Of a stretch of 32,000 nt of DNA, positions 1 through 8,073 are shown piece after piece. This stretch comes from Dehalococcoidia bacterium. GTDB taxonomy: Bacteria; Chloroflexota; Dehalococcoidia; Lucifugimonadales; Australimonadaceae. Location of the stretch: the NCBI GenBank assembly GCA_034423175.1, contig DAOUJA010000070.1:124510-156509 (forward strand). The letters run 5' to 3'. The translations under genes were made by a program, and so were the position numbers. Under the pieces are notes generated by a model. It did not search any database, was not told where the DNA came from, and saw only the letters and a program-made list of their open reading frames with translations. How positions within the stretch are numbered: position 1 is the stretch's first letter; each line of letters starts with the position of its first letter.

Positions 1-1061
1 CGACCATCAATATCCCGGACACGGTCGGCTACGCGGTGCCGGAAGAGTTCGGCGGCCTCATCACGTACCTCCGCGCAGAGGTCCCCGAACTGGGCGACAC
101 TGTCCGCATCTCCGTGCACTGCCACGACGACCTCGGCATGTCGGTGGCCAACAGCCTCACCGCAGTCAAGGCGGGCGCTCGGCAGGTCGAGGGCTGCATC
201 AACGGCATCGGCGAACGCGCGGGCAACACCGCGGTTGAGGAAGTCATCATGGCGCTCCGCACCCGCACGGACTACTTCGGCGTCGACACGGACATCGACA
301 CGAAGCAGCTCTACAACACCAGTCGCCTCGTGAGCCAGGTGAGCGGCTTCCCCGTGCAGCCGAACAAGGCGGTCATCGGGCGCAACGCGTTCCGCCACGC
401 ATCCGGCATCCATCAGGACGGCGTGCTGAAGGAACGCACCACGTACGAGATCCTCAACCCGCTGGACGTCGGCGTGCCGCGCAGCGAACTCGTGCTCGGC
501 AAGCTGAGCGGACGCCACGGCCTGCGCTCGCGGCTCGAGGAGCTCGGCTACGCGCTGACCAACGAGGAGCTCGACAAGGTGCACGAGTCCTTCAAGGAGC
601 TCGCGGACAAGAAGCGCGAGGTGACGGACCGCGACCTCATCGCGCTCATGGGCAACGAGCGCACGGCCATCGAGGAGACGTACTCGCTGGAGCACGTGCA
701 GGTCACCTGCGGCACCGGCGAGATCCCGACCGCTACGGTCCGATTGTCCCTCGAAGACGGGACGATCCGCACCGACGCGGCGACGGGCACCGGCCCGGTC
801 GATGCCGTCTACCAGGCCATCAACCGCATCGTCGGCGTGCCGAACGAGCTGACCGAGTTCAGCGTCAATTCGGTCACGGAGGGCATCGACGCGATCGGCG
901 AGGTGAGCATTCGCATCGAGCAGGACGGCAAGCCGTACATCGGACGCGGGGCGGACACGGACATCATCGTCGCGTGTGCACGCGCCTACATGAACGCGCT
1001 CAACCGCCTGATCGCGATGGGCGACACCTCCCGCTCGCCCGAGGCAGCGGGAGCCGTTTAG
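1..1061 (+). CDS. leuA: 2-isopropylmalate synthase, 5'-truncated by the window edge (C-terminal ~350 aa including the LeuA regulatory/dimerisation domain)
   Basis: The frame is open from nt 3 (TINIPDTVGY..., HCHDDLGM, GERAGN motifs typical of HMGL-like/LeuA enzymes), with a stop at 1059-1061. The ORF-track start at 36 is an internal GTG. leuCDB lie downstream. Confidence 0.93.
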   Translation, partial: TINIPDTVGYAVPEEFGGLITYLRAEVPELGDTVRISVHCHDDLGMSVANSLTAVKAGARQVEGCINGIGERAGNTAVEEVIMALRTRTDYFGVDTDIDTKQLYNTSRLVSQVSGFPVQPNKAVIGRNAFRHASGIHQDGVLKERTTYEILNPLDVGVPRSELVLGKLSGRHGLRSRLEELGYALTNEELDKVHESFKELADKKREVTDRDLIALMGNERTAIEETYSLEHVQVTCGTGEIPTATVRLSLEDGTIRTDAATGTGPVDAVYQAINRIVGVPNELTEFSVNSVTEGIDAIGEVSIRIEQDGKPYIGRGADTDIIVACARAYMNALNRLIAMGDTSRSPEAAGAV

Positions 1062-1088
1062 GAGTTTCGGCCCCCCGGCCCGGAAGGC

Positions 1089-1117
1089 TTGACAGGCTGC
1101 TTGGAAACCTTTACTTT
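1089..1117 (+). promoter_or_regulatory. Candidate sigma70-type promoter for the toxin-antitoxin pair (TTGACA-17 nt-TACTTT)
   Basis: TTGACA at 1089-1094 and TACTTT at 1112-1117 with a 17-nt spacer. It sits in a locally AT-rich patch (28/60 G+C over 1101-1160, hand count), about 40 nt upstream of the 1156 start. A GCTTGG...CCAAGC inverted repeat (1099-1104 / 1136-1141) flanks the -10 and is a possible operator. Confidence 0.4.
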
Positions 1118-1155
1118 CTAAGGAAGCAAGGAATACCAAGCAGTCGAGGTCTGCC

Positions 1156-1695
1156 ATGCGCATGATTACCGTCAGCAGCAAGAACCAGATAACCATCCCC
1201 GTCTCGATACTCCGGGAGGTGGACATCCACCCTGGAGACAGGATGGCCGCGGCCGTCATAGACGGGGACATCGTGCTCATCAAGGAGCCTGAGAGCTGGG
1301 TGGAGTATTTCCAGGGAAGCATGCGCGGGGCGTACGGCGGAAGCCGGGAGAGCATCGACCGCTACGTGCTGCGCGAGCGCGAGAGCTGGTACGAGCCCAT
1401 GTCCGAGCACATCAGCCAGTCAGACCCTCGCGAGTGGCGAAAGCAGTTCGAGGACCTTTACGCCACGGACGGCGGGGTGCGGGCCATAACCGACACGCTC
1501 ATGGGCTGCCCGTACCACGTGGCCACGTACCCTGACCTGGAGGAACGAGTGCCGGACGAGGCCGGCCTAGGTCTCCCGCAGGCGCTGGACACGCTCACGA
1601 CCCACTTCTGGGTCCGCCGTATCATGGCGCCGGCCCCGGAGCCGGAGCGATTCCGGCTGGACGGCGAGATCGCGGCTTCGCTCAAGGCCGCCTGA
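1156..1695 (+). CDS. AbrB/MazE/SpoVT-fold antitoxin (VapB-like) with an unusually long C-terminal extension (179 aa)
   Basis: The N-terminus MRMITVSSKNQITIPVSILREVDIHPGDRM...DIVLIKE is a typical SpoVT-AbrB swapped-hairpin motif. Its stop overlaps the start of the PIN gene (TGATG at 1693-1697). Confidence 0.75.
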   Translation: MRMITVSSKNQITIPVSILREVDIHPGDRMAAAVIDGDIVLIKEPESWVEYFQGSMRGAYGGSRESIDRYVLRERESWYEPMSEHISQSDPREWRKQFEDLYATDGGVRAITDTLMGCPYHVATYPDLEERVPDEAGLGLPQALDTLTTHFWVRRIMAPAPEPERFRLDGEIAASLKAA

Positions 1696-2147
1696 TGGCA
1701 TCTGCCTTGGGCGAAGCCCTAGTGGGCGCGACGCGCATAGCGTTCGACACCAGCGCCGTCATCTACTACCTGGAGGACCCCTACCCCTACGGCATCTACG
1801 CGGCTGAGGCGTTTGCGTTGGTTGCCAGTGGCGCCGCTGCCGGTTTCGTGTCCTCGGTCGTGGAGCTGGAGACTCTGGTGCGCCCGCTCCGCATAGGTGA
1901 CAAGGGATTGCTGTTCTCCATACGCAGGTTCTTCGCCATGCATCCCAACCTGCATGTCACGCCCGTGGATCGCGATGTCGCGCAGGCAGCGGCGGAGGTG
2001 CGCGCCTCCACCAACTTGAAGGCGGCGGATGCTATCATCGCAGCGACTGCGGCGATCGACCGCTGCGACGTCATCGTCGGCAACGACCGCGCATTCGCCA
2101 GGCACTGCGGTTTCCCCTACCTGGTCCTGGACGATTTCGCCGTCTGA
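1695..2147 (+). CDS. vapC: PIN-domain ribonuclease toxin (VapC family)
   Basis: 150 aa with the expected acidic residues in context: FDTSAV (D18), VVELE (E58), [10 protein letters not shown] (D112), VGNDRAF (D131). It is translationally coupled to the upstream AbrB-type gene. Confidence 0.85.
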   Translation: MASALGEALVGATRIAFDTSAVIYYLEDPYPYGIYAAEAFALVASGAAAGFVSSVVELETLVRPLRIGDKGLLFSIRRFFAMHPNLHVTPVDRDVAQAAAEVRASTNLKAADAIIAATAAIDRCDVIVGNDRAFARHCGFPYLVLDDFAV

Positions 2148-2166
2148 ATACAGAGCGGAGGATCAG

Positions 2167-3570
2167 ATGGCCCCCAAGACGATGTTCGAGAAGATTTGGG
2201 ACACGCACGTCGTGCGGGAAGAGGAGGGCAAGCCCTCCCTGCTCTACGTCGACCTGCACCTGGTCCACGAGGTCACCTCGCCCCAGGCGTTCGACGGCCT
2301 GCGGCTCAACAACCGCCGCATCCGGCGTCTCGACAAGACGGTCGCCGTCGCCGACCACAACGTCCCCACCAACGACCGCGACAAGCCCCTCACGGACGAG
2401 GTCTCGAAGGCGCAGCTGGAAGCGATGCAGCGCAACGCGGACGAGTTCGGCCTCGAGTACCACGACATGTTCAGCGAGAAGCAGGGCATCGTCCACGTTA
2501 TCGGGCCGGAGCAGGGCCGCACGCAACCCGGCATGATTATCGTTTGCGGCGACAGCCACACCGCGACGCATGGCGCTGTCGGCGCGATGGCGTTCGGCAT
2601 CGGCACGTCCGAGGTCGAGCACGTCCTCGCGACGCAGTGCATCTGGCAGGCGAAGCCGAAGACGATGGAGGTCCGCGTGGACGGCACGCTCGGCAACGGC
2701 GTGACGCCCAAGGACGTCATCCTCGCCATCATCGGCAGGATCGGCACGTCGGGCGGCATCGGCCACGCCATCGAGTACACCGGCTCCGTCTTCCGCGAGA
2801 TGTCCATGGAAGGCCGCATGACGGTCTGCAACATGTCCATCGAAGCCGGCGCGCGCACCGGCATGGTCGCGCCGGACGAGACGACCTTCGCCTACCTCAA
2901 GGGACGCGAGTACGCGCCGAAGGGCGAGGACTGGGACGCCGCCGTCGAGCGCTGGACCGCGCTCCGCACCGACCCCGACGCGACGTTCGACACCGTCGTC
3001 ACGCTGGACGCCGCCGACATCCAGCCCCAGGTGACGTGGGGCACGAACCCCGCACAGGTGCTGCCGGTCGGCGGGCGCGTGCCGAAACCGGACGAGTTCG
3101 AGTCCTCTCAGGAGCAGACCGCCGTGGAGAAGGCGCTCGCCTACATGGGCCTGAACGGCGGCGAGCGCATCCAGGACATCGCCGTCGACACCGTGTTCAT
3201 CGGTTCGTGCACCAACTCCCGCATCGAGGATCTGCGGGCCGCGGCGGCGGTCGCGAAGGGCAGGCAGAAGGCGGACAGTGTCCGCGCGCTCGTCGTGCCC
3301 GGCTCGTGGGCCGTGAAGCAGCAGGCCGAGAGGGAAGGCCTCGACCAGGTGTTCACCGACGCCGGGTTCGAGTGGCGCGACGCCGGATGCTCGATGTGCC
3401 TCGCCATGAACCCGGACCGGCTCGCCCCCGGCGAGCGCAGCGCCTCCACCTCCAACCGCAACTTCGAAGGGCGGCAGGGGCCCGGCGGCCGCACCCACCT
3501 CGTCAGCCCGCCGATGGCTGCTGCTGCCGCCATCGCTGGGCACTTCGTGGACGTGCGGGACCTCAACTAA
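2167..3570 (+). CDS. leuC: 3-isopropylmalate dehydratase large subunit
   Basis: [16 protein letters not shown]... with aconitase-family motifs ([23 protein letters not shown]). GGAGG at 2157-2161 precedes the ATG at 2167. The ORF-track start at 2029 is an upstream extension overlapping vapC. Confidence 0.95.
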   Translation: MAPKTMFEKIWDTHVVREEEGKPSLLYVDLHLVHEVTSPQAFDGLRLNNRRIRRLDKTVAVADHNVPTNDRDKPLTDEVSKAQLEAMQRNADEFGLEYHDMFSEKQGIVHVIGPEQGRTQPGMIIVCGDSHTATHGAVGAMAFGIGTSEVEHVLATQCIWQAKPKTMEVRVDGTLGNGVTPKDVILAIIGRIGTSGGIGHAIEYTGSVFREMSMEGRMTVCNMSIEAGARTGMVAPDETTFAYLKGREYAPKGEDWDAAVERWTALRTDPDATFDTVVTLDAADIQPQVTWGTNPAQVLPVGGRVPKPDEFESSQEQTAVEKALAYMGLNGGERIQDIAVDTVFIGSCTNSRIEDLRAAAAVAKGRQKADSVRALVVPGSWAVKQQAEREGLDQVFTDAGFEWRDAGCSMCLAMNPDRLAPGERSASTSNRNFEGRQGPGGRTHLVSPPMAAAAAIAGHFVDVRDLN

Positions 3571-3606
3571 CGAGACCGGACCCCGTTCCGGCACAGGAGC
3601 AGACGG

Positions 3607-4194
3607 ATGGACGCTTTCACGAAACACACCGGCAAGGTCGTTCCCTACGACATGCCGAACGTCGACACGGACCAGATCATCCCGGCGCGCTTCCTCAAGA
3701 AGATTGACCGCGTCGGCTTCGGCGAGCTGCTCTTCTACGAGCTGCGCTACGAGGAAGACGGCTCCCCCAAGCCCGGCTTCATCCTGAACCAGCCGCAGTA
3801 CGCGGGCGGCACCGTCCTGGTGAGCGGGCCGCAGTTCGGCATCGGCTCGTCGCGCGAGCACGCGCCGTGGGCCATCCAGCAGTACGGCTTCCGTGTGGTC
3901 ATCGCGCCGAGCTTCGGCGACATCTTCCGCAACAACTGCTACCAGAACGGCCTCCTTCCCGTGATGCTCGATGCGGCTGAGGTGGACACCATCATCGCGC
4001 GGGCGCAGGAGATCCAGGGCTATGAGTTGACCGTCGACCTCGAGGCGCAGCAGGTGACCGACGGTCACGGCCTGGCCGCGTCGTTCGACATCGACCCCTT
4101 CCGCAAGGAGAACCTCGTGCAGGGGCTGGACGACATCGGCCTGACCCTCCAGAACGAGGCGGCGATAGACGCCTTCGAGAGCGCCAACGCCTGA
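3607..4194 (+). CDS. leuD: 3-isopropylmalate dehydratase small subunit
   Basis: 195 aa, with NVDTDQIIPARFL and GPQFGIGSSREHAPWA motifs typical of LeuD. It directly follows leuC. Confidence 0.95.
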   Translation: MDAFTKHTGKVVPYDMPNVDTDQIIPARFLKKIDRVGFGELLFYELRYEEDGSPKPGFILNQPQYAGGTVLVSGPQFGIGSSREHAPWAIQQYGFRVVIAPSFGDIFRNNCYQNGLLPVMLDAAEVDTIIARAQEIQGYELTVDLEAQQVTDGHGLAASFDIDPFRKENLVQGLDDIGLTLQNEAAIDAFESANA

Positions 4195-4243
4195 GCAACG
4201 TCCCGACTCCGCCGCGAACACGCGGGCATCCCGAGGTACGCAC

Positions 4244-5344
4244 ATGGCCACTTTCGACATCATGGTTCTGCCGGGCGACGGCATCGGCCCGGAGGTCACC
4301 GGTGCATCCCAGCAGGTGCTGGACGCCGTCGCCGCGCGCTGGAAGCACAACTTCCGCTACCAGACCGACGTGGTCGGCGGCGGCGCGATAGACGCCTACG
4401 GCACGCCCCTGCGCGACGAGACCGTCCGCACTGCCAGGCGCGCGAACGCCGTGCTCTTCGGCGCTGTCGGCGGACCGAAGTGGGACAACGAGCCCGTCCG
4501 ACCGGAGGCGGCCATCCTCGGCCTCCGCAAGGCGCTCGGCCTCTACGCCAACATCCGCCCGGTCAAGGTCTTCCCCGGCATGGAGGGCGCCAGCCCGCTC
4601 AAGGACGACCGCGTGCGCGGCGCGGACATGGTCATCCTGCGCGAGCTCACCGGCGGCCTCTACTACGCCCCGCCCAAGAAGCGCTGGGAGACGAAGGCCG
4701 GGCGCAAGGGCGTCGACACGCTCCTCTACACCGAGAAGGAGATCGAGCGCATCCTGCGCGTCGGCTTCGAGCTCGCGCGCTCCCGCCGCAAGAAGCTCAC
4801 CTCCGTCGACAAGGCGAACGTCCTCCAGTCGTCCCGTCTCTGGCGCGAGATCGCCATCGAGGTGTCGAAGGACTACCCGGACGTCGAGTTGGAGCACCAG
4901 CTCGTCGACTCCTGCGCGATGGTGCTGATCACCCGCCCCACGAGCTTCGACGTCATGGTCATGGAGAACATGTTCGGCGACATCATCTCGGACGAGGCCG
5001 CCGTCCTCTCCGCGTCGCTCGGCATGCTGCCGTCCGCCAGCCTCGCCGGCCTCCCCGGCAAGGACGCGAAGGGCAGGCCCCGCAAGGTGAAGGGCCTCTA
5101 CGAGCCCAGCCACGGCAGTGCGCCCGACATCGCCGGGCAGGGCAAGGCCAACCCGGTCGGCTCCATCCTCAGCGCAGCCTTCATGCTGCAGTACTCGTTC
5201 GGGCTCGTCGAGGAGGCAGCCGCCATCAACGCTGCGGTCGAGAGCGCACTGAACGACGGCCACCGCACGGCGGACCTCGCTCCTCCCGGCGCGGAGTTCT
5301 CCACAACCCAGCACATGACCGACATGGTCCTCGAGCGGCTGTAG
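4244..5344 (+). CDS. leuB: 3-isopropylmalate dehydrogenase
   Basis: 366 aa, with LPGDGIGPEV, NLRP-like (ANIRPVK), LTGGLYY and NMFGDIISDEAA motifs of isocitrate/isopropylmalate dehydrogenases. Confidence 0.95.
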   Translation: MATFDIMVLPGDGIGPEVTGASQQVLDAVAARWKHNFRYQTDVVGGGAIDAYGTPLRDETVRTARRANAVLFGAVGGPKWDNEPVRPEAAILGLRKALGLYANIRPVKVFPGMEGASPLKDDRVRGADMVILRELTGGLYYAPPKKRWETKAGRKGVDTLLYTEKEIERILRVGFELARSRRKKLTSVDKANVLQSSRLWREIAIEVSKDYPDVELEHQLVDSCAMVLITRPTSFDVMVMENMFGDIISDEAAVLSASLGMLPSASLAGLPGKDAKGRPRKVKGLYEPSHGSAPDIAGQGKANPVGSILSAAFMLQYSFGLVEEAAAINAAVESALNDGHRTADLAPPGAEFSTTQHMTDMVLERL

Positions 5345-5354
5345 ACCGCGCTCG

Positions 5355-6095
5355 ATGCTGGAAGTGGATATCAGCGCACCGGTCGCCGTAGCGGTCGTCG
5401 CTACGTCGCTGGTTGCCGCGCTCATCGGCGGCGTCACGGGCATGAGCACCGGCATCATCGCCATCCCCATCCTCATCTTCGCGTTCGGCATACGCCTCGC
5501 CGTCCCCATCGTCACGGTCGCGATGCTGCTCAACACGCTCTCGCGCTCCGTCGCAAACCGGGACTACGTGGACTGGCGCGTCGCGCGCTGGTACAGCCTC
5601 GGCGCCGTGCCCGCAGCCGCGATCGGGGGAGTCGTGTTCGCCAACATCCCCACGGACTGGCTCGCGCGGGGGCTCGGCGTCTTCCTGCTCGCGCTCGTCG
5701 TCTACCGGCACATACCGCTCGTTGCGGGCCGCGCCATGCCGCTGCGTGCCTTCCTGCCCGTCGGCGTCGGTCAGGGGTTCTTCTCAGCGCTCTTCGGCGG
5801 CGCGGGCCCGTTCGGCGCGCACTTCTTCATGGCCTACGGCCTCACCAAGAACGCCTTCGTCGGCACGGTCGCTGTCGGCACGTTCCTCGTGAGCATCGTC
5901 AAGACGGTGGTCTACGGCGGCTTCGCGCTCTTCACGATGGAGACGTTCCTCATCGCCGTCGGCATCGGTCTGATCATGGCCGTGGGCGCGTACGCGGGCG
6001 CGCATATCGTGAAGCACGTGCCGGAGCGACTGTTCATCTACGCGGTGGAGTTCTTCATGGTCGTCTCCGGCCTGCTGCTCCTGGCGACGGGATAG
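5355..6095 (+). CDS. TauE/SafE (DUF81) family anion-exporter-like membrane protein
   Basis: 246 aa, polytopic and hydrophobic, with the internal two-half architecture and FFSALFGGAGPFGAHFF motif typical of TauE/SafE. It starts 10 nt after the leuB stop. Confidence 0.8.
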   Translation: MLEVDISAPVAVAVVATSLVAALIGGVTGMSTGIIAIPILIFAFGIRLAVPIVTVAMLLNTLSRSVANRDYVDWRVARWYSLGAVPAAAIGGVVFANIPTDWLARGLGVFLLALVVYRHIPLVAGRAMPLRAFLPVGVGQGFFSALFGGAGPFGAHFFMAYGLTKNAFVGTVAVGTFLVSIVKTVVYGGFALFTMETFLIAVGIGLIMAVGAYAGAHIVKHVPERLFIYAVEFFMVVSGLLLLATG

Positions 6096-6098
6096 CGC

Positions 6099-6824
6099 AT
6101 GGACCCGGCCATCCTCGTAGGACTGGGCTTCGTCGCCTTCTTCTCCGCCGTCATCGGCGGGCTCGCCGGGCTTGGCTCGGCCCTCATCATGATCCCGGCG
6201 CTCACGTTCGCCGTCGGCATCCGCGAGGCCGTGCCTATCACCACCATCGCCGTCATGATGCAGACCTGGTCGCGCATCTGGGTGAACCGTCACCTCATCG
6301 ACCGGAGCGTGGTCAAGTGGTTCTTCATCGGTGCGCTGCCGACGTCCATCGTCGGCGCGACGGCGTTCGCCAACCTCCCCGCGGACATCCTGCAGAAGGC
6401 GTTCGGCGTCTTCCTCCTGCTCATCGTGGTATTCCGCCACACGCCGCTCGCCCAGAGCGGGATGCGGATGCGCGCGCGCTCATTCGTGGGCGTCGGCGCC
6501 GGGCAGGGTTTCCTCTCCTCGCTCTTCGGCGGCGCGGGGCCGTTCGGCGCGTCGTTCTTCCTCGCCTACGGCCTGCGCCGGGGCGCCTTTGTCGGCACGA
6601 TGGCCTCCGGCATGACCATCATCAACTTCGTCAAGATCGGCATCTACGGCTCGTTCGCCCTGCTCGACCGCGAGGCCCTGGTCCTCGCCGGAGTGCTCGG
6701 CCTCGTCATGGTCGGGGGCGCCTACGTGGGCGGCGCCATCGTCAACCGCGTCTCGGACAAGGCGTTCGTCTACATCGTCGAGATCGTGATCGTGGCAGCG
6801 GCTATTTCGTTGCTGGTGCGGTAG
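6099..6824 (+). CDS. TauE/SafE (DUF81) family membrane protein, tandem paralog
   Basis: 241 aa, collinear with the preceding protein (FLSSLFGGAGPFGASFFLAYGL versus FFSALFGGAGPFGAHFFMAYGL). It starts 3 nt after the previous stop. Confidence 0.8.
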   Translation: MDPAILVGLGFVAFFSAVIGGLAGLGSALIMIPALTFAVGIREAVPITTIAVMMQTWSRIWVNRHLIDRSVVKWFFIGALPTSIVGATAFANLPADILQKAFGVFLLLIVVFRHTPLAQSGMRMRARSFVGVGAGQGFLSSLFGGAGPFGASFFLAYGLRRGAFVGTMASGMTIINFVKIGIYGSFALLDREALVLAGVLGLVMVGGAYVGGAIVNRVSDKAFVYIVEIVIVAAAISLLVR

Positions 6825-6832
6825 CTCCGTCG

Positions 6833-6850
6833 TTCCCGCGAAAGCGGGAA
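6833..6850. repeat. Small hairpin repeat element TTCCCGC-GAAA-GCGGGAA (REP-like)
   Basis: A perfect 7-bp stem with a GAAA tetraloop lies 9 nt after the TauE stop. In one frame it reads VPAKAGIQ and in another SFPRKRES. From memory, these are peptide strings produced in many genomes by a common extragenic palindrome. Confidence 0.5.
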
Positions 6851-6932
6851 TCCAGAGTGCCTGCCAGGGCACGCGGGTGGGGGGGCTGGAGGGTGGTGCT
6901 CCGGTCGGGCACCCGTCCGCTACCATAACCCC

Positions 6933-7511
6933 ATGACCCCCAACCTCTACCAACGACTCCTCGGCGACGCCTGGCACGCGCTTCCTGACGTGCTGAAGCA
7001 GGTGCACGGCGCCGACACGCAACTGACCGCGAGCGGCCACATGGACGTGACGCTCGGACGCTTCATCGGGACCGGGCTCGTCCGGCGTGCGCTCCGGATG
7101 CCCCGGAGGGAGGAGCGCGTGCCGGTGGAGCTCCGCGTGCGGCGGGACGGCGAAGGTGAGCACTGGGAGAGGCGTATCGGCGACTGGCGCTTCCCCACCG
7201 AGCAGTGGGCCGAGGGCGACCTGCTGATCGAGCGCTACGGCTCGCTGCTCTTCCCCATGGCCGTCTCCTCGGACAGCGAGTCGCTCACCCACTGGTCGGA
7301 CTGCATGTTGCTCCCCGTCCTCGGAAGGCGCTTGCGCATCCCGCGCTGCCTCTCGATACACACCTGGGGCACCGAACGCCGCTCCGCAAGCGTCCCCGGC
7401 GCGATGGACGTGAGCGTGCGCATCGAGGCGCCCTGGGGCTCGCTGCTCGTCGGCTACGACGGCACACTTCTCCCCTCTCCTGCTGGGAGAGGGGCCGGGG
7501 GTGAGGGTTGA
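6933..7511 (+). CDS. DUF4166 domain-containing protein
   Basis: 192 aa. LYQRLLGDAWHALPDVLKQVH... and the central GEHWERRIGDWRF pattern match my recollection of DUF4166. The last ~13 codons are contributed by a hairpin repeat element (see 7470-7508). Confidence 0.7.
   Translation: MTPNLYQRLLGDAWHALPDVLKQVHGADTQLTASGHMDVTLGRFIGTGLVRRALRMPRREERVPVELRVRRDGEGEHWERRIGDWRFPTEQWAEGDLLIERYGSLLFPMAVSSDSESLTHWSDCMLLPVLGRRLRIPRCLSIHTWGTERRSASVPGAMDVSVRIEAPWGSLLVGYDGTLLPSPAGRGAGGEG
7470..7508. repeat. Hairpin repeat element (CCCCTCTCC-tgctg-GGAGAGGGG followed by GGGGGTGAGGG)
   Basis: A perfect 9-bp stem (7472-7480 / 7486-7494). It translates as LPSPAGRGAGGEG, which from memory is a peptide string typical of a widespread extragenic palindrome. 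It overlaps the 3' end of the DUF4166 CDS and the RBS of the next gene. Confidence 0.5.
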
Positions 7512-7513
7512 CC

Positions 7514-7936
7514 ATGAACGACACCCCGTCCCTGGCCGCCTACCGCCCCTGGTTCTACGCGGCTGCCGTCTACAACGCGGCGTGGGGCGCCGCAACAATT
7601 CTCTTCCCCAACGCCTTCTTCGAACTCATCGGTATGGGGCCGCTGGAGCACCCGTCGCTCTGGCGGGTCGTCGGCATGTTCCTGCTCGTCTACGCGCCCG
7701 CGTTCTGGTGGGTAGCGCGCAACCCGGAGCGGCACCCGCACCTCGTGCTCATCGCCACCGTCGGGAAGGTGCTCGGCCCCGTTGGGTTCGCGTTCGCCTG
7801 GCTCGCTGGCGAACTCCCCGGCGGGGTCGGCCTGCTGCTGATCGGGAACGACTTCGTCTGGCTCCCCGCTTTCTTCCTCTACCTGCGGGCCGTAGGCAGA
7901 GCCCGGGGCTGGCGCACGTTCCTCACCGGCGGCTGA
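7514..7936 (+). CDS. Small integral membrane protein (about 4 TM), function unknown
   Basis: 140 aa from the ATG at 7514 (the ORF track uses the TTG at 7508). It has hydrophobic helices rich in W/F/A. GGTGAGGG upstream could serve as the RBS. High third-position GC. Confidence 0.6.
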   Translation: MNDTPSLAAYRPWFYAAAVYNAAWGAATILFPNAFFELIGMGPLEHPSLWRVVGMFLLVYAPAFWWVARNPERHPHLVLIATVGKVLGPVGFAFAWLAGELPGGVGLLLIGNDFVWLPAFFLYLRAVGRARGWRTFLTGG

Positions 7937-8073
7937 CTTTCAGCCTCGGTCCCCGTCCCACCCTATCCTGTACATCCTGCCCATCGATGTTCGTTGTACG
8001 TGTGACACGCGCCCCTTCCGCCAACGCCCCGCCTCCACGTACGCTGGTTCCATGACCGTCGCGCTGGCAGCAC

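Noticed and set aside
2029-2166. ORF-track N-terminal extensions: leuC from 2029, the PspAB-like gene from 12160, copA from 13054, fdxA from 16631, the ABC ATPase to 21533, the ABC-2 permease to 20473, pnp from 29448 and the aminotransferase from 10234.
   Set aside because: Each extension overlaps the neighbouring gene or lacks an RBS. An internal start with a good Shine-Dalgarno and a family-typical N-terminus exists in every case.
2071-4350. Very long ORFs antisense to or overlapping conserved genes (e.g. 2071-4350 minus 759 aa, 3992-5536 minus, 14191-16083 minus 630 aa, 21380-23128 minus 582 aa, 24825-26624 plus 599 aa, 26576-27856 plus, 29475-31418 minus 647 aa, and the many 100-500 aa alternative-frame ORFs).
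   Set aside because: They are Arg/Gly/Ala/Pro-rich with no recognisable motifs. Each is fully overlapped by a gene with clear family signatures in another frame or strand. Stop-codon-poor alternative frames are expected in high-GC DNA.
6875-6893. G-quadruplex-compatible run GGGtGGGGGGGctggaGGG, and a C-rich mirror-type stretch at 7950-7985.
   Set aside because: Such runs are frequent in high-GC genomes. There is no independent evidence of function, so it is mentioned only as part of the 6825-6932 gap description.
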